From Thermoplasmatales archaeon SW_10_69_26 (GTDB lineage: Archaea > Thermoplasmatota > SW-10-69-26): 64,000 nt of DNA. A program made the translations under genes and the position numbers. The stretch is taken from the NCBI GenBank assembly GCA_003009755.1, contig PXUB01000017.1, forward strand, positions 1 to 64,000. Reading direction: 5' to 3'. Positions 1 to 9,277 of the stretch are shown here, in pieces. The notes under the pieces were generated by a model. The model searched no databases, was not told the origin of the DNA, and saw only the letters and a list, made by a program, of their open reading frames with translations. How positions within the stretch are numbered: position 1 is the first letter of the stretch; each line of letters starts with the position of its first letter.

Positions 1-220
1 TTGCGATCTGGTGCTTGTTCAGGCCGGGCGTGCGCGCGACGAGTTCGAGGATCGCTTGGCGGGTGTCGTCTCGGAGGAGGCACCGCTGGACCGCGTCCAG
101 CTCGTCGTGATTGGAGGGTTCATCGTCATCCGGTTGTGGGCTGCCGGGCCCCGAGCCCGGGCCACCGCCCGGCTGCGCCTGGAGGAGCGTAGGGGGCCGA
201 CGCCCACAGCCCGGACCCAT
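1..220 (-). CDS. Winged-HTH transcriptional regulator, partial (runs off the left edge; absent from the ORF track)
   Basis: Manual translation from ATG 220 gives ...DELDAVQRCLLRDDTRQAILELVARTPGLNKHQIA, paralogous to LLDHPLRRAIVDLLADRPGMNKNQIC in the gene at 2914-3483. Start is uncertain. Confidence 0.65.
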   Translation of the reverse strand, partial: MGPGCGRRPPTLLQAQPGGGPGSGPGSPQPDDDEPSNHDELDAVQRCLLRDDTRQAILELVARTPGLNKHQIA

Positions 221-343
221 CCAGCCAACGCGCAGCTCCCGACACCTCCAGGACGATGAGGGTCTGGCAGCTCATGGGCCTTATTTCGCCAATTCCCCCA
301 ACGCTCAACGTGGCCTTTGCCCGTCGCCTTGGGGACTCGTCTG

Positions 344-367
344 CACGCTGTTCGGGAAAATTGCACG
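344..367. promoter_or_regulatory. 24-bp operator-like motif, copy 1 (CACGCTGTTCGGGAAAATTGCACG)
   Basis: 22/24 identical to 784-807; intergenic. Confidence 0.55.
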
Positions 368-440
368 AAGGTGTCGGCACCCTTGGCTGCCGCCGCGCCG
401 CCCTCGGGACCGTGGGCCGGGGCGGTCGTACCGATCGCGA

Positions 441-638
441 TCAGTTCAGTCGCTCGATCTCACGCTGCAGGCGCTGGATCTTCGTGGTGAGCTCCTGCTC
501 GAGTTCGTAGACCTCGCGGCGCGTGTGCTCGAGTGCCTCCGCGAGCTCTTCTCGGGTGGCCTCGTCGGGATCGATCTCGACCGGTTGCTCGGTCTTGTCG
601 TCCCAGATCCAGGCAGCGCGCTTTAATGCTGAGTCCAT
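441..638 (-). CDS. Small acidic coiled-coil protein
   Basis: 65 aa, host-like codons, heptad-like C-terminus EALEHTRREVYELEQELTTKIQRLQREIERLN. Confidence 0.55.
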   Translation of the reverse strand: MDSALKRAAWIWDDKTEQPVEIDPDEATREELAEALEHTRREVYELEQELTTKIQRLQREIERLN

Positions 639-783
639 TCAGCCGCGGGTTGGTCTGCTCCCCCAAGAAGGTGCGGACACAACCGTGTCCGGCGGAACCG
701 TCCGAGGTCGCATCGAGGTCCAAGGATCCAGAGCCGAACCGACCTGACACGTGGGACTGAATGAGAGTTTGGTAAGAACTGCA

Positions 784-807
784 CACGCTGTTGGGGAAAA
801 TTGAACG
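784..807. promoter_or_regulatory. 24-bp operator-like motif, copy 2 (CACGCTGTTGGGGAAAATTGAACG)
   Basis: 22/24 identical to 344-367; followed by CGTTCCCCACGT (811-822), whose exact reverse complement is at 917-928. Confidence 0.55.
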
Positions 808-1021
808 GACCGTTCCCCACGTCTCTCACACCGTATTTGAACCCAGGAGGTCATCGGCATAAGGGCGTTGATTGATACCCAAGAGAGCCGTTACAGGCCC
901 GGAAAAGAGGGAGGAAACGTGGGGAACGCCGCCCAGGAAAATCACGCTAAGTCTGGGAACATTTGTGAAAACAAGGCCTATCTCGCCACCATGAGTTCAC
1001 GCCATCGGAGGAGAACTTCCG

Positions 1022-1246
1022 ATGGTTCACGAATCGACGACGAAGGTTGGCTCGGTGATCGTTGCGCTGGCGCTGTTGGGGATGGTTGGCTTGAGCGTTG
1101 CATCGCCAGCGCAGGCGGAGGAGCCGGCGAGTGTAGGCGAGGACAACGAGGCAGGTCCCTGCATCAAGGTGTACACGACTCCACCGGCCGTGGGAATCTC
1201 CCCCGAGAATTGCAAGCCCTCCGGGAACCTGACCGTTCCTGCATAG
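1022..1246 (+). CDS. Small secreted peptide precursor with two cysteines
   Basis: GGAGGAG RBS upstream; Sec signal ending AQA|EE; 42-aa mature part with C47 and C64. Confidence 0.75.
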   Translation: MVHESTTKVGSVIVALALLGMVGLSVASPAQAEEPASVGEDNEAGPCIKVYTTPPAVGISPENCKPSGNLTVPA

Positions 1247-1269
1247 GTCGGGTCCCCTCGGTCGTCCAT

Positions 1270-1323
1270 CGGCCCCGGGCACCGCCTCGAGCCCCTCGAA
1301 GGGCGTGGCGGTCTCCGGGGTCG
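1270..1323 (+). terminator. GC-rich intergenic stem-loop between peptide and receptor genes
   Basis: CGGCCCCGG/CCGGGGTCG, ACCGCC/GGCGGT and GCCC/GGGC nested pairings. Function (terminator or processing/stability) not established. Confidence 0.45.
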
Positions 1324-1364
1324 ACGCCCGCTCTAATCCCGTCCCCCCGCGGAGGATGGGGTCG

Positions 1365-2921
1365 ATGAGCACGCGTTCGAGCTTTCCGCTGGGTGCTCTC
1401 TGCCTTCTTCTCCTGCTTGCCCCCTCCGCTCAACCCGTGACCGGCTCCCCCCGGGAACTCGTCGTCGGCGGATCGATCGACGTGGCCGGCGAGGAGGAAC
1501 TCGCGGTCGAAGGCCCCGGAGCCGTGTACTACCACGGGCGTGAGGTGCCCGCCGCGATGACTCTAGAGGCCGACAGGATCGTCCTCGATTACGCCTGGGA
1601 GGAGGGACACCAGGCCGGACCGCCAGGCCAGGAGGGCTTCTACGAGACGAGCACCGACCACCACCGGGTATCGGAGGCTTTCACGAACGCTAGCCTCGAG
1701 GTCGGGAGCCCGGAAGATCGCCCCGAGGTCCTGGCCTATCCCGGCCATGGTACTCCACGCGTGCAGGCCTCCGGCACGGGGGACCAGTCTTTGACCTCGT
1801 TCGATGTCCCCTACCTCACTCGGATCGGGGTCCAGGAGGACGGGGAGTCGACCAACGACTCCCAGATGATCGGATTCTGGTACCAACCCCACCCGACCTG
1901 GTCTGCCGGGGTCGCAAGCGACGAAGCGGTCGTCGAGGGCGACTTCTCGCTGTTCGTGAACAACGTGACCGTGACGATCCGGGAAAACGGGGAACCCCGG
2001 TGGGAGAACTGGACGGGGTACCGGGAGGAGGACACCGGGCCCGCGGCCTCCGGCTTCGAACGGCATCTCCTCCGGGTCCACGTGACCAACGGCTCCCTCC
2101 GCCTGGCACAGAACGACGCTTTGACCGTCCTAGGTCCACAGCTGGAGGCCCAGGCGTCCGGTGTGGTCTCGGCAGCAACCGCCTCGGGGCAGGTCGAGGT
2201 CGCAGACCAGGTCTTCGCGTTCCAAGACGACGCCCTCCGCCTCGAGGGACAGGGGATTTTCCACGTCGCCGAGAGGTCTCCATCCGTCGAGGAAGGTCTT
2301 CTCTTCGAGGTGGAGGAGGGCTCCCGGTTCGACGTCCAAGGCGGTCAACCCGTCGATGCGCGGACCGGGACCTCTCAGGGGGTCTCTGGCTGGCAGCTAT
2401 GGGCTCCCGTCTCGCTCCTTGGCCTCGCTGTGGCGGGCGGCGTCACCCACCGGGCCGGCTACACCACTCAGGTTCTCGACCGCTGGCGCTCCGACCGGTA
2501 CACTAAGTGGATGACCCGCGGGCGCGAGCTGGCCAACGCGGCCGACTACCACCAGGCGGCCACCTGCTTTCGCCGGGCCACCCGGGCCCAGCCGGTCAAG
2601 GGCGTGGCCTGGTACCACCTCGCGATCGCGCTGCTCGAGAACGGCCGCCCCTCGGAGGTGCTAGAGGTCGTCGACGAGGCCCGCCGGGGTGAGGCGGTCA
2701 TCGACGAGCTGGACTTCCTGGACCTCGAGGCCCAGGCCGCCAAGCGGGCCGGCGACCACGAACGTTGCCGGGAAGCTGTGGCCCGGCTGGCAGACGGCAG
2801 CGAGGCGATGGCCACTACCCTCGTTCGGGACCTGGGGTTGAGCGAGGAGGCGCTCGGGCACGAACTTGCCACCCGCCTGTCGTGGGAGGAGGACGAGGAG
2901 GCCCTGCCCGGCTATGTATGA
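1365..2921 (+). CDS. Single-pass membrane protein: signal peptide, beta-rich extracellular domain, TM helix, cytoplasmic TPR repeats
   Basis: GGAGG at 1351-1355; N-terminal LGALCLLLLLAPSAQP; TM WQLWAPVSLLGLAVAGGVT; TPR-like WMTRGRELANAADYHQAATCFRRATRAQPVKGVAWYHLAIALLENGRPSEV. Confidence 0.8.
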   Translation: MSTRSSFPLGALCLLLLLAPSAQPVTGSPRELVVGGSIDVAGEEELAVEGPGAVYYHGREVPAAMTLEADRIVLDYAWEEGHQAGPPGQEGFYETSTDHHRVSEAFTNASLEVGSPEDRPEVLAYPGHGTPRVQASGTGDQSLTSFDVPYLTRIGVQEDGESTNDSQMIGFWYQPHPTWSAGVASDEAVVEGDFSLFVNNVTVTIRENGEPRWENWTGYREEDTGPAASGFERHLLRVHVTNGSLRLAQNDALTVLGPQLEAQASGVVSAATASGQVEVADQVFAFQDDALRLEGQGIFHVAERSPSVEEGLLFEVEEGSRFDVQGGQPVDARTGTSQGVSGWQLWAPVSLLGLAVAGGVTHRAGYTTQVLDRWRSDRYTKWMTRGRELANAADYHQAATCFRRATRAQPVKGVAWYHLAIALLENGRPSEVLEVVDEARRGEAVIDELDFLDLEAQAAKRAGDHERCREAVARLADGSEAMATTLVRDLGLSEEALGHELATRLSWEEDEEALPGYV

Positions 2922-3483
2922 TGCGCCGGGGGAGAAAAACGGCGACGAGAAGGACGAAGAGGCCGACCGGATCCCGGACTCCGTCAAGGAGAACCTCCTC
3001 GATCACCCGCTGCGTCGGGCGATCGTTGATCTGCTGGCTGACCGGCCGGGGATGAACAAGAACCAGATCTGCGAGTAGCTGGACATGGATGGCCACCACG
3101 TGGACCACCATCTCGACCAGCTCGAGAACCGGGGCCGGCTCGTCGTCACCCGGGAGAGCGCCCAGGACAAGGAGGTGTTGTGCTTCCTGGCCGAGGACGA
3201 GGAGTTGTGGGAGGACGAGAACACGCGCATCCTGTTCGGTCGGCGTCAAAAGCGGGCCGTTGGGCTCCTGTTGGCCGACAAGCCGGGCGTGTCGACACGT
3301 GAGATCGCCGAGGAGCTGATGCTCTCGCCGGATACGGTCCGCTACCACCTGCGCACGCTGATGGCCCACGACCTCGTCGAACGCTACCCAAGCGGGCAGA
3401 CGAACCTCTACGAGCCTGCCGAGGCGCTGGTGCAGTGGGCTCGCGAGGTGGGAGAAGGGTTCGACCGGCCCTGGGAGGAGTGA
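2914..3483 (+). pseudogene. Archaeal double winged-HTH regulator interrupted by an in-frame TAG at 3076-3078
   Basis: ORFs 2866-3078 and 3085-3483 are in the same frame. First HTH RRAIVDLLADRPGMNKNQICE*LDMDGHHVDHHLDQLE; second PGVSTREIAEELMLSPDTVRYHLRTL. Start overlaps the upstream stop by 8 nt. Confidence 0.75.
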
Positions 3484-4110
3484 CCGAGGTGTCCGGACCG
3501 GTTCCAAGCACCTCGAAGCCCCCAGCCTCCGCTAAGGCTGCTATCCAGGTCGTCAGCTGAGCCCTAACGTAGTGGTACGTTCGAGCAGGTGGGCTCTACG
3601 GCGTGGCCGTTAACGTCGAGAGGCTCCGCGATTGCGGTCTTCTGGGCCTTGGGGTTCCGGCTCGGGCCCACGATAACAGACGAGATTCGCGACCCGATGG
3701 GCACGGACGTCACGATGCCGCGCATCCGCGGGGGTCCCGATGACCGATGGTAAAAACGGCGGTTCTACCCCCAAGATCCCTCATTGAAGTGGGCACGCGC
3801 TCGCCGGGATTCGCGGACGAGCCTGGTACAACCGTCGAACTCGTCCTCTCCGCAGACGGTCCACTATCGCCGGTCCCCGGACGAACCCAGCCGTCCTCAA
3901 CCCGGCCCACGTCGAACGCGCTGGAGGTCTTACCTCGCTGATCGGCTCGGTCGACCGCCAGATCCGAACGTCCGGCCTCGCTTCGTCGGTCTCGGCCGAA
4001 CGTTGGATCTCCAGACGGCGCCCCAAATGTCCAGCCGTCTGGAAACGCGCCCGCCGGGGCTCGCCGCGTGAGGTAGCAAGCTAATTGGGGGGTCAGCGAC
4101 TGCAGGGCGT

Positions 4111-4992
4111 GTGGACCGTCGTCTCGCGTTCGCGATCGGGCTCGCCATCGCCGCCCTGACGGTGGCCGGTTGCATCCAGGACCTCGAGCGACGACAGCTC
4201 GACACGGGCTGGCAGGCCGGGGTGTCGGTCGACGAGACCCCGGTGGCCGAGGTGGGCGGAGCCCCGGCGACGGTCGTCGTCGAGGGCGCCGTCGACGTGC
4301 CCGCGGACGTGGACATCACCCTGACAGGGTTCTCCGGCGAGCTCTCGCGCGAGAACGTCTCGATCCCGCTCGAAGCGATGCGGGTCAACGCGGACGAGGG
4401 CACGCGCAAGGTCGCCGACGCCGAAGGCGAGCTGTCCATCGAGGCCGGCGAGCAGCTGCGTGTCACATTCGTGCCCGGTGACGACGCCGACCGACGCGCC
4501 AACCCGACGCAGATCTGGAACGCCTCCCTCGAGGTCCAGTGGCGCTACAAGGCCGACGGAGAGTTCGACGCCGGCCGGCTGGAGGTCGAGCGCAACGTGA
4601 CGCCCGCCCCCGTCGGCGGCCTGGGCGTGGGGGTCGTCCAGCGCGCCGAGGGCGAGGTTCACGAGCTGGTGTTCGAGGCGATCGAGGTCGAGGACGTGCC
4701 GGCCAGCCTGAGCGTCGAGGTGCTGCAGGTCGGCGGCGGCAGCGTGGAGGCGATCGACACCGTGGACGCCGACGTCAACCGCTCGGACGGCACCGCCCGC
4801 CTGGGATTCGCCGAGCCGATCAGCGTGCCCGAGGGTTCCGGGTACCTCGTGTTCCGCCTCGACGGGCTCGCGGGGACGGCCAGCGCCGACCTGCGCGAGG
4901 CCGAGGACCCGATCCCCGCCACCGGGGCCGCCGTCGGCGTGGCCCTGCTCGCGGCCACTGCCTGGGTGGCCGGCAGCTCCCGACGGATCTGA
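4111..4992 (+). CDS. Surface lipoprotein with C-terminal sorting/anchor tail
   Basis: Lipobox LTVAGC; C-terminus IPATGAAVGVALLAATAWVAGSSRRI. Confidence 0.8.
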   Translation: MDRRLAFAIGLAIAALTVAGCIQDLERRQLDTGWQAGVSVDETPVAEVGGAPATVVVEGAVDVPADVDITLTGFSGELSRENVSIPLEAMRVNADEGTRKVADAEGELSIEAGEQLRVTFVPGDDADRRANPTQIWNASLEVQWRYKADGEFDAGRLEVERNVTPAPVGGLGVGVVQRAEGEVHELVFEAIEVEDVPASLSVEVLQVGGGSVEAIDTVDADVNRSDGTARLGFAEPISVPEGSGYLVFRLDGLAGTASADLREAEDPIPATGAAVGVALLAATAWVAGSSRRI

Positions 4993-5215
4993 TCGGGCCC
5001 CCGTCCGCCAGCCGTCCCAACCCCTAGGCTTTTGTAGGACCTAGGGGCCGCTGCCTCGTAGAGGATGATTGCTGCGGGGAGACCCGCGCAGCTGCTTCTC
5101 GCCCGAGGCTCGCATCGCAGCCCAGGCTGTCGCGCGACGAGCGATCGCAATGGGCCACGCAAGCGACAGCCGCCGCTGAGGACGCTGTCGCGATGACGAC
5201 CGGCCTCGGCGCGGC

Positions 5216-6616
5216 CTAATTCTCCTCGCGCTCGGTCATCGCGCGGACGTCGAGGGCTTCGTCGACCTCGTCCTCGTCCATCAGCCCCTCCTCGACGACG
5301 ACCTGGCGCACGGTCTTGCCCTCCCGGAAGGCCTGCTTGGCGACCTTGGAGGCCTTCTCGTACCCGATGTAGGGGTTGAGCGCGGTCACGATCGCCGTCG
5401 ACTGCTCCACGAAGGACTCGGCCTGCTCCTCGTTGGCCTCGATGCCGGCGACGCACTTCTCGTCGAAGATCCGGCTGACGTTGGCCAACAGCTCGATCGA
5501 CTCGAGCACGTTGCGGGCCATCAGCGGCATCATGGCGTTGAGGTCGAGCTGACCCCACTGGTTCCCCTGCGTGACGACCTGGTGGTTGCCGGCGACCTGG
5601 GCGCCGACCTGGACGACGCTCTCCGGGATCACCGGGTTGACCTTGCCGGGCATGATCGAGGAACCGGGCTGGACGGCCGGCAGATCGATCTCGCCGAGCC
5701 CGCAGCGGGGCCCCGAGCCCAGCAGGCGGATGTCGTTGGCGATCTTCATCAGGCTGGAGGCCAGCGCGTTGAGCGCGCCGGAGACGTGCGTGATCGCGTC
5801 CTTTTGCCCCTGCGCCTCGAAGTGGTTGGCGGCTTCGTAGACGTCGGTCCCGGCGATGTCGGACAGCTCCTCGGTGACGAGCTCGCCGAAGCCCTGGGGC
5901 GCGTTGAGGCCGGTGCCGACGGCGGTGCCGCCGATGGCGACCTCGCGCAGCTCGTCGATCGCCTGCACGACCCGGTCGCGACCGTTGGCGACGCTGGCGG
6001 CGTAGCCGCCGAACTCCAGGCCCAGGCGGGTCGGCGTGGCGTCCTGGAGGTGGGTGCGAGCGACCTTGACGACGTCGTCGAACTCCTCGGCCTTGGCCTC
6101 GAGCGTCTGGTGCAGCCCGTCGAGGGCCGGGACGAGGTCCTCCTCGACGGCGAGGATCGTGGCCAGGTGCAGCGCCGTCGGGATCGTGTCGTTGCTGGAC
6201 TGGCCGTGGTTGACGTGGTCGTTCGGGTGGACCTGCTTGGACCCGACCTCGGCCCCGAGGATCTGCGTGGCTCGGTTGGCGAGGACCTCGTTCGTGTTCA
6301 TGTTCGTCGAGGTCCCGGAGCCGGTCTGGAACACGTCGACGGGGAACTCGTCGTCGTGCTCGCCCTCGGCGACCTCCTCGGCCGCCTGTGCGATCGCCTC
6401 GGCTTTCTTGGCGTCGACCGTCTCGAGCTCGCGGTTCACGCGAGCGCAGGCGAGCTTCACCATGCCCATCGCGCGGACGAACCGCGCCGGCAGCGGGTCG
6501 CCGCTGACGGGGAAGTTGTCCACGGCTCGCTGGGTCTGGGCGCCGTACAGGGCGTCCGCGGGCACGCGGACCTCGCCCATCGTGTCCTCCTCGATCCGGA
6601 CGTCGTCGTCGGTCAT
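5216..6616 (-). CDS. fumC: Class II fumarate hydratase
   Basis: GSSIMPGKVNP signature, FQTGSGTSTNMN, HPNDHVN, RTHLQDATP. Confidence 0.95.
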   Translation of the reverse strand: MTDDDVRIEEDTMGEVRVPADALYGAQTQRAVDNFPVSGDPLPARFVRAMGMVKLACARVNRELETVDAKKAEAIAQAAEEVAEGEHDDEFPVDVFQTGSGTSTNMNTNEVLANRATQILGAEVGSKQVHPNDHVNHGQSSNDTIPTALHLATILAVEEDLVPALDGLHQTLEAKAEEFDDVVKVARTHLQDATPTRLGLEFGGYAASVANGRDRVVQAIDELREVAIGGTAVGTGLNAPQGFGELVTEELSDIAGTDVYEAANHFEAQGQKDAITHVSGALNALASSLMKIANDIRLLGSGPRCGLGEIDLPAVQPGSSIMPGKVNPVIPESVVQVGAQVAGNHQVVTQGNQWGQLDLNAMMPLMARNVLESIELLANVSRIFDEKCVAGIEANEEQAESFVEQSTAIVTALNPYIGYEKASKVAKQAFREGKTVRQVVVEEGLMDEDEVDEALDVRAMTEREEN

Positions 6617-6663
6617 CGGCGGGCGAGGAAGGGAGGGGCTCTTGGGTGTTGTGCCGGCAGGGG

Positions 6664-6780
6664 GAGGGCGTGGAGGGAGGAGAGCCCAGAGCGGGGGAAC
6701 CCAACCACAGAGGCCCAGAGGTAGAGAGGGTCCCCCAGAGGATGGGAAACCCAGAGGAGGGAAGAGTAGCGGGAGACGGG
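6664..6780 (+). repeat. CAGAG-rich repeat, copy A (purine-rich strand on +)
   Basis: ACCACAGAGGCCCAGAGG core; aligns with the reverse complements of 8360-8455 and 9278-9362. Confidence 0.7.
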
Positions 6781-6814
6781 GGACAGTTCAGGGGTCCGTC
6801 GACCGGGTGCGTCT

Positions 6815-8278
6815 TCACCGGAACGGGTGAGGGTGCGCAAGCGGTTCCTTCACCGGGTTCCACGGGACGCCCGCAGGCGCGGGCACGGCGACCTCCCCGC
6901 GCACCTCGGCTCGGTGCTGCACCGGATCGATCTCGATTGGGCCCGCGCTGGGTTCAAGCTGGGCGGCCGCTTCGGCCATCGCTCGAAGCTCGGCCGACAG
7001 GCGTGGATCCTCCTTGACGCCCGCTTCGCCGTCTGGCACGCCGCAGTCGACCGCGTCCGGCCCGGTCGCCGGCGGCTCGGTGAGCCACGAATCGATCCGC
7101 ACCTCGTTGCCCGCCGTCCACACGTTCTCCCCGTCGCCGGGGCCGCGGTACTCGTCCCCGTAGTCAGTGAGGTTGGGACCGCTGGCGTCCCCCCACCAGT
7201 TCCACCGAGCATCTGTATCGTGTGAGAACAGGCTGCGGTCGTTCCCGTGGATGCTATTGTTGTATACCTGGGCCGCCTCCGTTCGGATCCTCGCTCCGTC
7301 TTCACTTCCGAGGACCCGGTTGTGCGTGAACTCCAGGGACTCGGGCCAGAGGTCCAAGTTCCAGAACGTGGCGTTGGCGAACACGTTCCCCCGAATCTCC
7401 AGCTCACCAGCCTCATCGAGATCCACTCCGCTATCCCCTCGACGGAACTCGTTCCCGCACAGCTCTCCCTCCACGATTTGGGGTGCATCCCGTGCACCCA
7501 GGATGTTCCAGTCCCCCTCCTCAAATACGTTGTACGCCAGCGTGACGTTGTCGGCCTCGTTCTGGGGGATCAACCCGACGTTGTCGAACACTGATCGCTC
7601 GATCGACGCATCCGTCATGTTCGAGAAGGGGATCTGACGCCAGAACCGCAAGACATCGTCGGTTCCGAACGTCGAATCCGAGATCGTCATGTTCCTCGTA
7701 TTGACGAGCCAAGCAGGGTACTCCGCCCGGTCGATGCTGACGTTCCCTAACCTCACATTCCTATTCTCAAGGAGGTCCATCCCGAATTGGAAGCCGCCGA
7801 TCGGGGCTTCGCCCTCGTTGTCCGGTTCCAGCAACACCCGCTCCAAGGTCACGTTGGAGGAGTAGAACATCTTCACCCCGATGGTCGCTCCCTGGATCCA
7901 GGCGTCCTGGATCGTCACGTTGCTGGCGTTGGAGAGCTCCACGCCAGAGGCACCGACGTTGATCGGCTCCAATACGATGACGTTCTCGACGAGGACGTGC
8001 CGGCTGGTGTCCTCGAGGCGGATGCCGGCTCCCTCTGTGCGGAGGATCACCCAGTCGCTGATTACGTAGGGGTCCTCGGCCGTCCCGGAGCCCTCGCGGA
8101 CGGCGGGATGGTCGGTGAGCTCGTCGTCGCCCTGGATGATGATGCTGCCCGTCGGCTCGGGTCGCACTTCCGTGTCGGCTTCGATGTCCGCGATGCCGAT
8201 CGCTTCGACTGCCGGCACGGCGAGTATCGCCGTCACGAGCAGTGCGATCTGCAGCCTCACCGCGACGGGTGCCTCCAT
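6815..8278 (-). CDS. Secreted right-handed parallel beta-helix (NosD-like) protein
   Basis: Signal peptide, GSGTAEDPYVISDW motif, repeated N-V-T-I/L beta-helix rungs, DARWNWWG tail motif; TATA-like TTTAAC about 25 nt upstream. Confidence 0.85.
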   Translation of the reverse strand: MEAPVAVRLQIALLVTAILAVPAVEAIGIADIEADTEVRPEPTGSIIIQGDDELTDHPAVREGSGTAEDPYVISDWVILRTEGAGIRLEDTSRHVLVENVIVLEPINVGASGVELSNASNVTIQDAWIQGATIGVKMFYSSNVTLERVLLEPDNEGEAPIGGFQFGMDLLENRNVRLGNVSIDRAEYPAWLVNTRNMTISDSTFGTDDVLRFWRQIPFSNMTDASIERSVFDNVGLIPQNEADNVTLAYNVFEEGDWNILGARDAPQIVEGELCGNEFRRGDSGVDLDEAGELEIRGNVFANATFWNLDLWPESLEFTHNRVLGSEDGARIRTEAAQVYNNSIHGNDRSLFSHDTDARWNWWGDASGPNLTDYGDEYRGPGDGENVWTAGNEVRIDSWLTEPPATGPDAVDCGVPDGEAGVKEDPRLSAELRAMAEAAAQLEPSAGPIEIDPVQHRAEVRGEVAVPAPAGVPWNPVKEPLAHPHPFR

Positions 8279-8359
8279 CGATGATGGCGCCTGGCGGGTG
8301 TTAAACCCTGGCCACCCACGCGCGTGAACATTCCAGCCCTTCCCCCGCTGCTCCTCCCA

Positions 8360-8455
8360 CCGTTCTCCCGCTATATCCCCTGCTCTGTGGATCCTCTACG
8401 ACGCTCTGTGTCTCTGTGGGAGGGCTTTGCGTCCTCTGCCTTCTCCGCGCACTCT
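8360..8455 (-). repeat. CAGAG-rich repeat, copy B (inverted relative to A)
   Basis: CTCTGTGTCTCTGTGG core; CCGTTCTCCCGCTA complements TAGCGGGAGACGG of copy A. Confidence 0.65.
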
Positions 8456-8471
8456 TCCGTCCACAGCGTCG

Positions 8472-8837
8472 ATGGTGAACCGCCAGCCTCTTGGTCGCAG
8501 GCGCCGTTGCCGGCCCGTAGACGCCGACACCGCTGCGGCCATCGAGGACTTCAACCGGGCGGCCGCCCAGCGCTACGGGGATCGCCTCGACCAGGTGATC
8601 CTGTACGGGTCACACGCTCGGGGTGAGGCCCACGAAGGCTCGGACGTGGACCTGCTCTTGGTGCTCGAGGGCGATGTCCAGCCCGGTCGGGAGATCGACG
8701 CGTTGGCTGACCCGATCGGGGAGATCTTGACCGAGCACGGCGTCCTGTTGAGCGTCCTCCCGGTCTCGGTGGAGGACTACGAGACGCGGGAGAGCCCGTT
8801 GCTCATCAACGCCCGCCGGGACGGGGTTCCCGCATGA
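8472..8837 (+). CDS. Minimal nucleotidyltransferase (MNT antitoxin)
   Basis: LYGSHARGEAHEGSDVDLL motif (GS...DxD). Start is uncertain. Confidence 0.85.
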   Translation: MVNRQPLGRRRRCRPVDADTAAAIEDFNRAAAQRYGDRLDQVILYGSHARGEAHEGSDVDLLLVLEGDVQPGREIDALADPIGEILTEHGVLLSVLPVSVEDYETRESPLLINARRDGVPA

Positions 8838-9207
8838 GCGAGGTCCAGGCCCTGCTCTCGAAGGCTGACGCTACCTCGAGAGCGCCCGGCTGCTCCTCGA
8901 GTCGGGCGATCCGGACTCGTGCGTCTCGCGGGCCTACGCGATGTACTATGCGGCTGAAGCCGCGCTTCTCGAGCAGGGACGGACGTACGACACGCACAAG
9001 GGCCTGATCTCGGGGTTCGGTCAGCACCTCGTCCAGGAAGGCCCGTTCGCTCCGGATCTCGGTCGGGATCTGGCGTGGGCAAGCCAGAAGCGGGACATGG
9101 GGGACTACGATGCTCGCCCGGTCCCCGGCGAGGAGGCCGAGGAGGTCGCCGAGAGGGCGGAGACGTTCGTGGCCGCCATCCGTGAACACCTCGCGAACGA
9201 CGGGTGA
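8834..9207 (+). pseudogene. HEPN domain toxin, frameshifted
   Basis: ATGA overlap with MNT. MSEVQALLSKAD, then a frame change near 8868 to YLESARLLLESGDPDSCVSRAYAMYYAAEA...THKGLISGF...RDMGDY. Confidence 0.8.
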
Positions 9208-9277
9208 CTTCCCTCCGCCCAGCACCGGTTGGAACCCGCCACCCCCGACCTCTCCTCTCGGCCGTCAACTCGATCCG

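Noticed and set aside
3484-4110. Short ORFs and several hairpins in a 630-bp gap
   Set aside because: No ORF has host-like composition or motifs; the hairpins are not clearly beyond GC-rich background and match no RNA family I recognise.
4993-5215. Stacked hairpins between convergent genes as an ncRNA
   Set aside because: Adequately explained as 3'-end or terminator structures; one stem pairs with the last fumC codons.
4659-6863. Long Arg/Pro/Gly-rich ORFs (e.g. 4659-6863, 25805-27937, 37802-40201, 40694-42955, 57553-59823)
   Set aside because: Shadow frames of real high-GC genes; no motifs.
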